A stretch of DNA of 47,317 bases, from contig JAGLOZ010000029.1 of the NCBI GenBank assembly GCA_023137595.1, positions 1 through 47,317 on the forward strand, read 5' to 3'. This DNA comes from Minisyncoccota bacterium. GTDB taxonomy: Bacteria; Patescibacteriota; Minisyncoccia; JAHIHE01; JAGLIN01. The translations under genes were made by a program, and so were the position numbers. Position 1 is the first letter of the stretch; the number at the start of each line of letters is the position of its first letter. The notes under the pieces were generated by a model. It was not told the DNA's origin, made no database searches, and saw nothing but the letters and a program-made list of their open reading frames with translations. Below are positions 16,830-25,073 of the stretch, piece by piece.

Positions 16830-19196
16830 ATGTCTGAGGTCAAATTAATTTTAAACAAATGTGTTCTTGGGAGCGAATCGGTGAAAATTCCTTCATCAAA
16901 AAGTTTTACGCATAGAGCTATAGTTTGCGCCGCTTTGTCATCCGGCATTTCTAGGATTGAGAACCCTTTAATATGTGAAGATATTTTAGCAACGATAGAA
17001 GCGTGCAGATCTTTTGGAGCGAAAATAGAATTAAAAGGAAATGTGATTGAAATTGAAGGTATCGGTAATAATTGGAAGAAACAAAAGTCTAGCGTAAAAA
17101 TAAATTGCCGAGAATCCGGTTCGACAATGAGATTTATAATACCACTTTGCAGTGTTTTGTGTGAATCATCTGAGATTACTGGCAAAATAGGGCTTTTGAA
17201 TAGGCCGATCTATCCAATAATAGATGCGTTAAAACAATTAAATATAAACATAAAAGCAAACGGAAAATATCCACCTGTTCATATAAGAAAAGGAAAACCG
17301 AAAGCTTCTGTAATTCACATTGCCGGAAATATAAGTTCACAATATATTTCAGGGCTCTTGTTCTCTTTGCCATTGTTAGATGGTGATAGCACTTTGATTA
17401 TTACAACTGATTTGCAGTCAAAAGATTATGTTTTGATGACTATTGATGTATTAAAAAGGTTTGGCATTGAAATAATTACATCAAGCGATCTAAGAAAATT
17501 TACGATTAGAGGAAATCAGAACTATAAAGCTGTTAAATGTTATGCCGTGGAAGGGGATTATTCCGCAAGCGCTTTTTGGTTTGTTGCCGGGATTTTTGCT
17601 GCTAGAAGTAAGATAATCATCAAAGGGCTAAGACATTCTTCTCTTCAGGGAGACGCGCAAATTTTAGATATATTAAAAAAAATGGGCGCAGATATTAACT
17701 TTCAAAATGGTAATTTCATTGTCAAAAAAAATCGTTTGAAAGCAATTGAAATTGACGCGAAGAACATTCCTGATCTGGTGCCGATTCTTGCTGTTGCAGG
17801 GACTCAGGCTTATGGAAAAACAATCATAAAGAATATTGAGCGCATCAGAATCAAAGAATCTGATCGAGCAAAAGCAATTACAAGCCAGTTGAAAAAAATG
17901 GGCGCAGTAATTGTTGAAAAAAATAATTCACTGGAAATAAAAGGGCCGACAAAGCTTGTTGGATCGGAAATTGATACTTTTAATGATCATAGAATTGCTA
18001 TGTCAATAGCCGTTGCTTCTCTTGTGACCGAAGGAGAAACAGTCATCAATGATCCAATTTGCATAAAAAAATCATATCCGAATTATTTTGATGATCTAAG
18101 AAAATTAGGCGTAAATGTTGTTCCGATAACTTCAGAGTTTGGAAAAATCGTAAAGATGACGATCTATGGGGATTCTCATGGCAAAAAAGTGGGTGTATGT
18201 CTTGAGGGAATACCAGCTGGAATTCAAATATCAAGAGCTCAAATACAAGAAGAAGTTGATAAGCGCAAAAGCATTAGCTCACTGACTACTCCAAGAAGGG
18301 AAACAGATGCAGTAAAAATTGTTCAAGGAATAAGAAATAATCTGACCACGGGAGAAAAAATTAATTTGGAGATATTAAACAAGAATGTTAATTCTCATTC
18401 TTATGAGCTGATAAAAAACACGCCTCGACCAGGTCATGCGGATCTTGCTGTCAGGACAAAATATGCCAGTGTTTTTGATTATCGCGGAGGAGGTTTTGCT
18501 TCCGGCAGGATGACCGTGTGTATGGTTGCGGCTGGTTCAATTGCAAAGAAAATATTAGTTAATAATGGAATAAAAATCATTGCGTTCACAAAACAAGTCG
18601 GCAATGTGAAGATGAGCAAAAACCCAAGCTTTAAAGATTTAGAAAAAAATACTTATAAAAATTTGGCAAGGTGTCCTGACAATAAAGTCGCGTTAAAAAT
18701 GATAAAAAAAATTGAAGAAACAAAAAAGAAGAATGATTCAATCGGGGGCATTGTGGAGTGTATGATCATTGGCTTGCCTGTTGGACTCGGAGAGCCCTTA
18801 TTTAATTCTATGGAAAGTGTTCTTTCTCAAGCAATGTTTTCAATTCCTGCGATTAAAGCGGTAGAGTTTGGTTCTGGTTTCAAATCTGTTACTATGAGCG
18901 GAAGCAAACATAATGATAGTTTTCATTTTGATGAAAATGATAATATAATTTCTTCGTCAAATAATGCGGGAGGAATTTTAGGCGGGATAACGACCGGGAT
19001 GCCTATTATTTTCAGAATAGCGGTTAAGCCGACTGCTTCTATCGGTTCTGTGCAAAATACGGTTAGTTTTGAAACTTGCAGAGATGCTAAAATTACGGTT
19101 GGCGGAAGGCACGACCCTTGTATTGTCATTCGAGTTCCTCCAGTAGCTGAAGCGATGGCGTCAATTTCAATTCTTGATCTGTTGTATCGAGCATAA
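16830..19196 (+). CDS. aroAC: bifunctional EPSP synthase / chorismate synthase fusion
   Basis: 788 aa. The N-terminal ~430 aa are EPSPS (PSSKSFTHRAIVCAALS, ESGSTMRF, DHRIAMS). The C-terminal ~350 aa are chorismate synthase (YGDSHGKKVGV, RPGHADL, GGRHDPC). Confidence 0.9.
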   Translation: MSEVKLILNKCVLGSESVKIPSSKSFTHRAIVCAALSSGISRIENPLICEDILATIEACRSFGAKIELKGNVIEIEGIGNNWKKQKSSVKINCRESGSTMRFIIPLCSVLCESSEITGKIGLLNRPIYPIIDALKQLNINIKANGKYPPVHIRKGKPKASVIHIAGNISSQYISGLLFSLPLLDGDSTLIITTDLQSKDYVLMTIDVLKRFGIEIITSSDLRKFTIRGNQNYKAVKCYAVEGDYSASAFWFVAGIFAARSKIIIKGLRHSSLQGDAQILDILKKMGADINFQNGNFIVKKNRLKAIEIDAKNIPDLVPILAVAGTQAYGKTIIKNIERIRIKESDRAKAITSQLKKMGAVIVEKNNSLEIKGPTKLVGSEIDTFNDHRIAMSIAVASLVTEGETVINDPICIKKSYPNYFDDLRKLGVNVVPITSEFGKIVKMTIYGDSHGKKVGVCLEGIPAGIQISRAQIQEEVDKRKSISSLTTPRRETDAVKIVQGIRNNLTTGEKINLEILNKNVNSHSYELIKNTPRPGHADLAVRTKYASVFDYRGGGFASGRMTVCMVAAGSIAKKILVNNGIKIIAFTKQVGNVKMSKNPSFKDLEKNTYKNLARCPDNKVALKMIKKIEETKKKNDSIGGIVECMIIGLPVGLGEPLFNSMESVLSQAMFSIPAIKAVEFGSGFKSVTMSGSKHNDSFHFDENDNIISSSNNAGGILGGITTGMPIIFRIAVKPTASIGSVQNTVSFETCRDAKITVGGRHDPCIVIRVPPVAEAMASISILDLLYRA

Positions 19197-19223
19197 TTTA
19201 TTAAATAAAATAACCAAAAAAAT

Positions 19224-19985
19224 ATGAATAAAGAAAAGGAAATTCTACTGGCAAAAATCATTGATCCAGAGAAAAATCGCGTTGTAATTCTGCCAATGGA
19301 TCATGGTGTGAGCGAAGGTCCGATTGACGGACTGATAAATATGAAGGAAACAATTTTAAAGGTTAAGCAAGGAGGAGTTGACGCTATTGTGATTCATAAA
19401 GGAATTTATAAAAAATACAAAGAGGTGATTGGAGATTTACCGGCGCTAATTCATCTTTCTGCTTCGACAAAAATAGGAAATGTTTTAAAAAAAGTTCTGA
19501 TAGCAACAGTCCAAGAAATCAAAGAATTAGGAGCGCAAGGCGCGTCAATTCATGTAAACCTTGGCAATAAATATGAAGAAGATATGCTCAAAGATCTTGG
19601 AGTTGTTTCGCGAGAGTGCGAGAGAATCGGACTGCCGCTGCTTGCAATGATGTACCCAAGAGACGAAGAAAATGGAAGAATAATTTCATATACGGATTCA
19701 GAAAGAGTTAAACTTGCAGCCAGAGTGGCCTTTGAGTTGGGTGCTGATATTGTTAAGGTTCCATATACAGGCAGCGCGGAAAGTTTTCAGGAGGTTTGCC
19801 AAGGCGTTGATATTCCGGTTGTAATTGCTGGTGGGGCCAAGGGCAATGAAAAAGAAATGCTAAAGTCTATTAAGGATTGTGTAATGGTTGGCGCGGCTGG
19901 AGTTTCTATCGGACGCAATGCTTTTCAAGCTGATGATATACCCAGGACAATTGGAAAAATAAGAAGCGTTGTATATGATAACTAG
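19224..19985 (+). CDS. aroA': 2-amino-3,7-dideoxy-D-threo-hept-6-ulosonate (ADH) synthase, archaeal-type (class I aldolase DhnA/FbaB family)
   Basis: 253 aa. The sequences ILPMDHGVSEGPI, IHVNLG, LLAMMYPR, ADIVKVPYTG and AAGVSIGRNAFQ closely recall MJ0400-type proteins. The gene sits directly upstream of DHQ synthase II. Confidence 0.7.
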   Translation: MNKEKEILLAKIIDPEKNRVVILPMDHGVSEGPIDGLINMKETILKVKQGGVDAIVIHKGIYKKYKEVIGDLPALIHLSASTKIGNVLKKVLIATVQEIKELGAQGASIHVNLGNKYEEDMLKDLGVVSRECERIGLPLLAMMYPRDEENGRIISYTDSERVKLAARVAFELGADIVKVPYTGSAESFQEVCQGVDIPVVIAGGAKGNEKEMLKSIKDCVMVGAAGVSIGRNAFQADDIPRTIGKIRSVVYDN

Positions 19986-20013
19986 TTTTTAATTAAAAAA
20001 TAAAAATAATTTC

Positions 20014-21021
20014 ATGAAAAAGTTTTGGTATAAAATATTAAATTGGGATAAAAGATTAGTTTCAGCTGCAATTGAAAGCGGATTTGATTCTATCTATGTA
20101 TCGTCCGATGATGTCAAAAAAGTCAGAGAACTCTCCAGAATAGGAGTTATTTCAAACAACAAAGAGGCTGATCTAGTTTTAGATAAAGACGTTAAAGAGA
20201 TTATTATCAAGTCAAAGGAATCAGAAAAAGATATTGTTAATTTAAATGGAAAAATTCCTGTTATTATAAAAAATAAAGATTGGACTATAATTCCTCTTGA
20301 AAATTTGATTTCCAAAACGACTAATTTAATTCAGTATGTAGAAAATTACAAAGAGGCGAAGGTTGCTCTTGAAACGATGGAAAAAGGCGCTGACGGCATT
20401 GTCCTTGAGACAAATGATATGAATGAGATTAAAAAAGTTGGGAATCTGATCAGAGAGATCCAGAACGAGAAATTATCTTTGACAGAAGTTGAGATAGACA
20501 GAATCAAACAAGTTGGAATCGGTGATCGTGTTGTTGTTGACACTTCAAGCATTTTGAAACCGGGACAAGGGATATTGGCGGGAGACTCATCCTCTGCGAT
20601 GTTTTTAGTATATAATGAAAATGTTCAAACTCCTTATTGCGATCCTCGTCCTTTTAGGGTTAATGCGGGAGGAGTTCATGCTTATGTTCAGATAGCAGGA
20701 GATAAAACAAAATATTTAGGAGAGCTGGCAAGCGGATCAAAAATAATGGTTGTTGATCAAAACGGAAATACGCAAGAAGCTATTATTGGACGAGTTAAAA
20801 TTGAAAAGAGACCAATGCTGGCAGTATATGCTCATTATCATAATAAAAAGATGAGTTTGATAATGCAGAATGCAGAAACGATTCGGTTAACGAAAAAAGA
20901 TGGAAGTCCTATTTCCGTTACAAAATTGAAAAAGGGAGATAGGGTTTTAGCAAATCTTGAGCAAGATGGGGTTGGTAGGCATTTCGGTCAAAAAATTAAA
21001 GAAACTATTTTAGAAAAATAA
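20014..21021 (+). CDS. aroB': 3-dehydroquinate synthase II (archaeal-type)
   Basis: 335 aa with N-terminal FWYKI..WDKRLVSAAIESGFDSIYV and C-terminal GRVKIEKRPMLAVYA, as in the DHQS type II family (MJ1249-like). Confidence 0.75.
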   Translation: MKKFWYKILNWDKRLVSAAIESGFDSIYVSSDDVKKVRELSRIGVISNNKEADLVLDKDVKEIIIKSKESEKDIVNLNGKIPVIIKNKDWTIIPLENLISKTTNLIQYVENYKEAKVALETMEKGADGIVLETNDMNEIKKVGNLIREIQNEKLSLTEVEIDRIKQVGIGDRVVVDTSSILKPGQGILAGDSSSAMFLVYNENVQTPYCDPRPFRVNAGGVHAYVQIAGDKTKYLGELASGSKIMVVDQNGNTQEAIIGRVKIEKRPMLAVYAHYHNKKMSLIMQNAETIRLTKKDGSPISVTKLKKGDRVLANLEQDGVGRHFGQKIKETILEK

Positions 21022-21025
21022 TAAA

Positions 21026-22417
21026 ATGGAAAAAAGAAGATCAAAAATAATAGTAAATAAATTTGGCGGTGGAATTCTAACTTCAAGATATATTCTTGTT
21101 GCCAAAAAACGGATTGAACAGCAAATAGAAAAAGGCTATAGCCCGATTGTTGTAGTTTCAGCGCTAAACGGAGTGACAGACGATCTAGTTGAATTCTTTT
21201 CTGAGCTTAATAATGTAAATCTGCGAAGAAGAAAAGAAAATAGAAATGAAAACAGACATATCGAGAATTTAATTGATTTGTTCATTAAGGATATCAGAAA
21301 AAAGCATATCTTAATGATGCGAAGAGTGAAAATAAGCGAAGAAGATCAAGACAAGATAATGCTTTCTTTTGATCAAGTATTTCAGGAAATGAAAGATGAT
21401 TTTGCTGCTAGCACTCGTTTTGGAGGTTTGGATATGGTTCAAGATAAAATTCTTTCATATGGAGAGCGACTAAGCGCTTTGTTTTTCTGTGTATTTTTGA
21501 ATGTAAATGACATCAAAGCTAAAATATTTCTAGCAGAGGATATTCCAATTACAACGGATAACGTTCATTTGAATGCAAATATTAATTATAATGAAGCATC
21601 AAGAAATACTAGAAAAACATTAAAGTCTATGAATGCGATACCTATTATAAACGGATTTACCGGAAGGGATAAGGATGGAAATATTACAACCTTGGGAAGG
21701 GGTGGAACAGACACAACAGCGTGTTTTGTCGGAGCGGCGCTAAAAGCAGATAGGGTTGTCTTGTGGAAAGATACAAAGGGAGTATTATCCGCAGATCCGC
21801 GGATCATTCAAAATGCTAAAACAATCGCTTATCTCAGCTATGAAGAAGCAGTTGAATCTGGAAAGATCGTCCACGACAAAGCCATTTCTTATGTGAAAGA
21901 CTCTAAGACCCCTTTGGAAATTGTTTCTATATCTGATACAAAAAAATATACTTTGGTTGGACCCCAAAGCAAAGAAGATGTCGGCGCTAAAATTATTGGC
22001 TTCAAAAAAGAATTAATGCTTATGGTTATAACCGATGATAGGGTGAGCGAATATGGATTTCTTTTTGGTGTTGCAAAAATTTTGAGTTTCCATAAAATTA
22101 ATATGGTTTTAATTCGCAATACTCGCGACAGTCTTCATGTTGTAGTTGAAAATGATAATGTCAATCTAGAGAAGGCGTTAGAGGAATTGAAAAGGAAAAA
22201 ATATTTAATTTGTTGTTGGCCTGTTTGTATGATAACTTTAATCGGCAGTTTGAATTGGAAAATGGTTAATATTTTCAATGATGTGCTTTTAGAAAATTGT
22301 TCAAATCCTCAATTAGGCGCTTTTCCTTATAAACATTGCGTTCGACTGGAAGCTGTCGTAAAAAGTACAGAAATGAAAAAAGTTATGCGCGAACTTCACA
22401 AGAAGTTTATTAATTGA
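21026..22417 (+). CDS. aspartate kinase
   Basis: 463 aa with VNKFGGGIL, VVVSALNGVTDDL and GRGGTDTTA, and a C-terminal ACT-like region. It starts 4 nt after the aroB' stop. Confidence 0.8.
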   Translation: MEKRRSKIIVNKFGGGILTSRYILVAKKRIEQQIEKGYSPIVVVSALNGVTDDLVEFFSELNNVNLRRRKENRNENRHIENLIDLFIKDIRKKHILMMRRVKISEEDQDKIMLSFDQVFQEMKDDFAASTRFGGLDMVQDKILSYGERLSALFFCVFLNVNDIKAKIFLAEDIPITTDNVHLNANINYNEASRNTRKTLKSMNAIPIINGFTGRDKDGNITTLGRGGTDTTACFVGAALKADRVVLWKDTKGVLSADPRIIQNAKTIAYLSYEEAVESGKIVHDKAISYVKDSKTPLEIVSISDTKKYTLVGPQSKEDVGAKIIGFKKELMLMVITDDRVSEYGFLFGVAKILSFHKINMVLIRNTRDSLHVVVENDNVNLEKALEELKRKKYLICCWPVCMITLIGSLNWKMVNIFNDVLLENCSNPQLGAFPYKHCVRLEAVVKSTEMKKVMRELHKKFIN

Positions 22418-22511
22418 GATTTTGCTTTGAGATATACTAATATTTTAAAGCATGGAAATAAAAATATGTATTTTAAAACCTAATATATTAATAAAATAAT
22501 TAAGTTAGATT

Positions 22512-23597
22512 ATGAAAAAATATAAAGTAGGAATTTTAGGGGCAACTGGCATGGTCGGTCAAAATTATATTAAATTATTAGAAGATCATCCTTGGTTTGA
22601 TATTTCTTATCTGGCAGCTTCTCCCAGGACTGCGGGAGAAAAATATGGCAGAGAGATGAAAGACAAATGGCAAATGGATGTTGCTATGCCAGAGAATGTG
22701 CTTAATATAGTCCTTGAAGATGTTGGTAATGTTGAAAAAATCAAAGGAAAATGTGACCTTGTTTTTTCTTCGTTTGGGATGAATAGTGATGAAAAGATCA
22801 GAGATTGTGAAAATAAATATGCAAAATTTGGCCTGCCGGTTGTCTCTAGCTCTTCTGCCAACAGGCATACAAAAGATGTGCCGATGATCGTTCCGGAAGT
22901 GAATTCCGGACATTTAGAAATGATTAAAATTCAGAAAAAAAATCACTTATGGGATAAAGGATTTATTGTCACTAAGCCAAATTGCAGCTTACAAAGTTAT
23001 ATTATTCCGGTGTATGCGCTAATGAAAGCCGGTTATGAAGTCAAGAAAATGATAGTTACGACTTTGCAAGCAGTCTCCGGAGGGGGGTATCCCGGCATAG
23101 CAAGTTTAGATATGATTGATAATGTTGTTCCTTATATCGGAGGAGAAGAAGAAAAGAGTGAAACAGAACCATTAAAAGTACTAGGAAAAATTGAAAATGG
23201 AAATTATAAAAATTTTGATGATTTGAAAATTTCAGCGCACTGTAATCGAGTTCCCGTAGCAGATGGTCATTTAGCATGCGTGAGTATGCTTTTTGGAAAA
23301 AATAAACCAAACAAAAGCGAGATTATAAATATTTGGAGAGATTTTAGACCAGATATTCAAGGATTAAATTTACCGTTTGCTCCGAGTCCTACTATCATAT
23401 ATAAAGAAGAAGAGAATAGACCTCAACCCAAAAAGGATCGCCAAGAAGGAAATGGCATGGCGATTACGATTGGAAGATTGAGAGAGTGTAATGTTTTTGA
23501 TCATAAATTTACTTGTTTAAGCCACAACACTATCAGAGGAGCAGCAGGCGGCGGAATTTTGCTTGCAGAACTTTTAGCAAAAAAAAGGTTGATTTAG
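22512..23597 (+). CDS. asd: aspartate-semialdehyde dehydrogenase (archaeal/fungal-type branch)
   Basis: 361 aa with KVGILGATGMVGQ (Rossmann), the active-site motif KPNCSLQ, and RVPVADGHLACV. Confidence 0.85.
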   Translation: MKKYKVGILGATGMVGQNYIKLLEDHPWFDISYLAASPRTAGEKYGREMKDKWQMDVAMPENVLNIVLEDVGNVEKIKGKCDLVFSSFGMNSDEKIRDCENKYAKFGLPVVSSSSANRHTKDVPMIVPEVNSGHLEMIKIQKKNHLWDKGFIVTKPNCSLQSYIIPVYALMKAGYEVKKMIVTTLQAVSGGGYPGIASLDMIDNVVPYIGGEEEKSETEPLKVLGKIENGNYKNFDDLKISAHCNRVPVADGHLACVSMLFGKNKPNKSEIINIWRDFRPDIQGLNLPFAPSPTIIYKEEENRPQPKKDRQEGNGMAITIGRLRECNVFDHKFTCLSHNTIRGAAGGGILLAELLAKKRLI

Positions 23598-23666
23598 TGG
23601 GACAGAATTAATTTATTTATCAGAATTTACAAAGCCGTAAATGCAGAAAAAAACGGAAACATATGG

Positions 23667-23849
23667 TTGACATATATTATCTATATGCTATTATTGTTTT
23701 TAGATAAAGAATCAGTTCAATATAATTATGAATCATACAAAGAATAATCAATTTTTCTTTTTTAGCTTTTTTAGCCGTCATCTGCGATAGGTTGTTTTTT
23801 CAGCATAATTTTCTCAAAAAACAATCCATCGCAAAGATGGTTTTTTGTT
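23667..23849 (+). promoter_or_regulatory. Phe leader-peptide transcription attenuator B (paralog of A)
   Basis: Promoter: TTGACA 23667-23672, 16-nt spacer with TG, TATTAT 23689-23694. The leader ORF is 23728-23790. GCGATAGGTTGTTTTTT (23784-23800) is complementary to AAAAAACAATCCATCGC (23816-23832). The hairpin CCATC-GCAAA-GATGG (23826-23840) is followed by T6. The 30 nt at 23820-23849 are identical to 14426-14455. Confidence 0.75.
23728..23790 (+). CDS. leader peptide MNHTKNNQFFFFSFFSRHLR
   Basis: 20 codons, with six Phe codons within seven consecutive codons (23752-23772). The TAG stop lies inside the antiterminator strand. Confidence 0.7.
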   Translation: MNHTKNNQFFFFSFFSRHLR

Positions 23850-24013
23850 TGTTTAAAGGCGCTTGTAATTGCAATAATAAGAATGGAATTTACCCTTTAG
23901 GGTTTCAAAAATCACTGAAATTCTGGAGGGTGGATTTAAGAAATCACCTAAAACAAAAAGATTCTTTGAACCGATAACGGCGGAATTAAAACTAAAGTAA
24001 AAGAGGCAGAAAT

Positions 24014-24151
24014 ATGAATGAAATAAAAGATGAAATTGAAGTGAGGGATCCCATTCTTAAAATTGCCGACAAAGTGCATCAAGGAATGGAAAAAGGAAGA
24101 GAGTTGGACAAAAGACGTAATTCTTTTGCAGGGCGTCAGAATGGATTCTGA
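24014..24151 (+). CDS. unannotated small ORF, 45 aa (MNEIKDEIEVRDPILKIADKVHQGMEKGRELDKRRNSFAGRQNGF)
   Basis: AGAGG lies 7 nt upstream of the ATG. It is the first ORF downstream of attenuator B. The terminator hairpin overlaps its stop codon. It is below the ORF-track cutoff. Confidence 0.4.
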   Translation: MNEIKDEIEVRDPILKIADKVHQGMEKGRELDKRRNSFAGRQNGF

Positions 24152-24166
24152 TGCCCTTTATTTATT
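24131..24166 (+). terminator. rho-independent terminator
   Basis: GGGCGTCAGAA (24131-24141) pairs with TTCTGATGCCC (24146-24156), 11 bp including one G-U, with loop TGGA. It is followed by TTTATTTATT. Confidence 0.65.
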
Positions 24167-24241
24167 ATTAAAGGTTTTTGTCATTTGATATTGTATAGCT
24201 CTGGATGCCCGGTGTCTTTGGAGACACGGGGTGTCTATAGG

Positions 24242-24281
24242 AGAAGAGAGTCAAAAACGATGACTCTCTTCTTTTCTATTT
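24242..24281 (+). terminator. second plus-strand terminator-like hairpin
   Basis: GAAGAGAGTCA (24243-24253) pairs perfectly with TGACTCTCTTC (24261-24271) over 11 bp. It is followed by TTTTCTATTT. There is no T run in the minus orientation. Confidence 0.5.
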
Positions 24282-24293
24282 AGAATCTTATTT

Positions 24294-24860
24294 CTATTTT
24301 TCCACTGCCAAAAAATTTGTGAAATTAAACTTCAAGTCTTGTATTCCTTTTTCCATAACAATAAGACCATATAAAGTAGCGCAGCTTTCAGGGGCGAGGA
24401 CGGCAGTGTCCTTGGAAAGATTTCCCTCTGAGAGGTCTTTTGCTGATTTCGCGGTATCTTCAGTCTCATGCAGGCCAGTTTCTCCCCAGTTTCTCTTAAG
24501 ATAAGTTTTGCATTGCTTGAGCGCCTGATCATGAGAGGCTATGTTCTTTATATCTTCTTTTTCAATTCCTGGTTTTGTTAGCAAGCAATGAACCACGGGA
24601 ATTTCAAAAATTTCTTTTATTTTGAATGTATGCCTTGAGATCGCATAAACACTTTCAATAACAACACCGCCGTTTGAGTTTTCAATTGGAAAGATGCCCA
24701 AGTCAATTTCTTTTTTGTCAATTTCAGTGAGGACTTTTTCTACGGAAATAAGGCATTTAATTTCATAGTTTTTGATGCCATTTTTTCTAGCGTGTTCATT
24801 TGCGGCTTGTTCCGAAAAACTGCCGATATCGCCAGAAACGCCGATTTTTATTTTTTTCAT
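24294..24860 (-). CDS. pheA: prephenate dehydratase catalytic domain paralog lacking the ACT domain
   Basis: 188 aa, the same length as the 13568-14134 product and roughly 60 percent identical by eye (GDIGSFSEQAA, FPIENSNGGVV, ASHDQALKQC, NFTNF). Confidence 0.75.
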   Translation of the reverse strand: MKKIKIGVSGDIGSFSEQAANEHARKNGIKNYEIKCLISVEKVLTEIDKKEIDLGIFPIENSNGGVVIESVYAISRHTFKIKEIFEIPVVHCLLTKPGIEKEDIKNIASHDQALKQCKTYLKRNWGETGLHETEDTAKSAKDLSEGNLSKDTAVLAPESCATLYGLIVMEKGIQDLKFNFTNFLAVEK

Positions 24861-24886
24861 AGAGTTAGTTTATATTAATTTATTTT

Positions 24887-24972
24887 GTAGAAACGCGATT
24901 TATCTAGTTTAGATGCGGTATAAATTTTTGTTAAATTAAAACATCTTTAGACGCGATAAATCACGCCTCTAC
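24887..24972. repeat. inverted repeat between topA and pheA2
   Basis: GTAGAAACGCGATTTATC (24887-24904) and GATAAATCACGCCTCTAC (24955-24972) are complementary at 14 of 18 positions. Confidence 0.6.
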
Positions 24973-25073
24973 TATATGTTGGTAATAGCTGTCTGGATAG
25001 GTACTGTGGAACTTTCAAGAGTGGTTGGGGTGAATAGTCTTGGATGAAACCTCTTAAAACAGAACAGAAAACA

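Noticed and set aside
23792-23977. 61-aa plus-strand ORF (TTG start).
   Set aside because: It starts inside the antiterminator strand of attenuator B and runs through the terminator hairpin and U tract. It has no RBS. The region is better explained as regulatory RNA.
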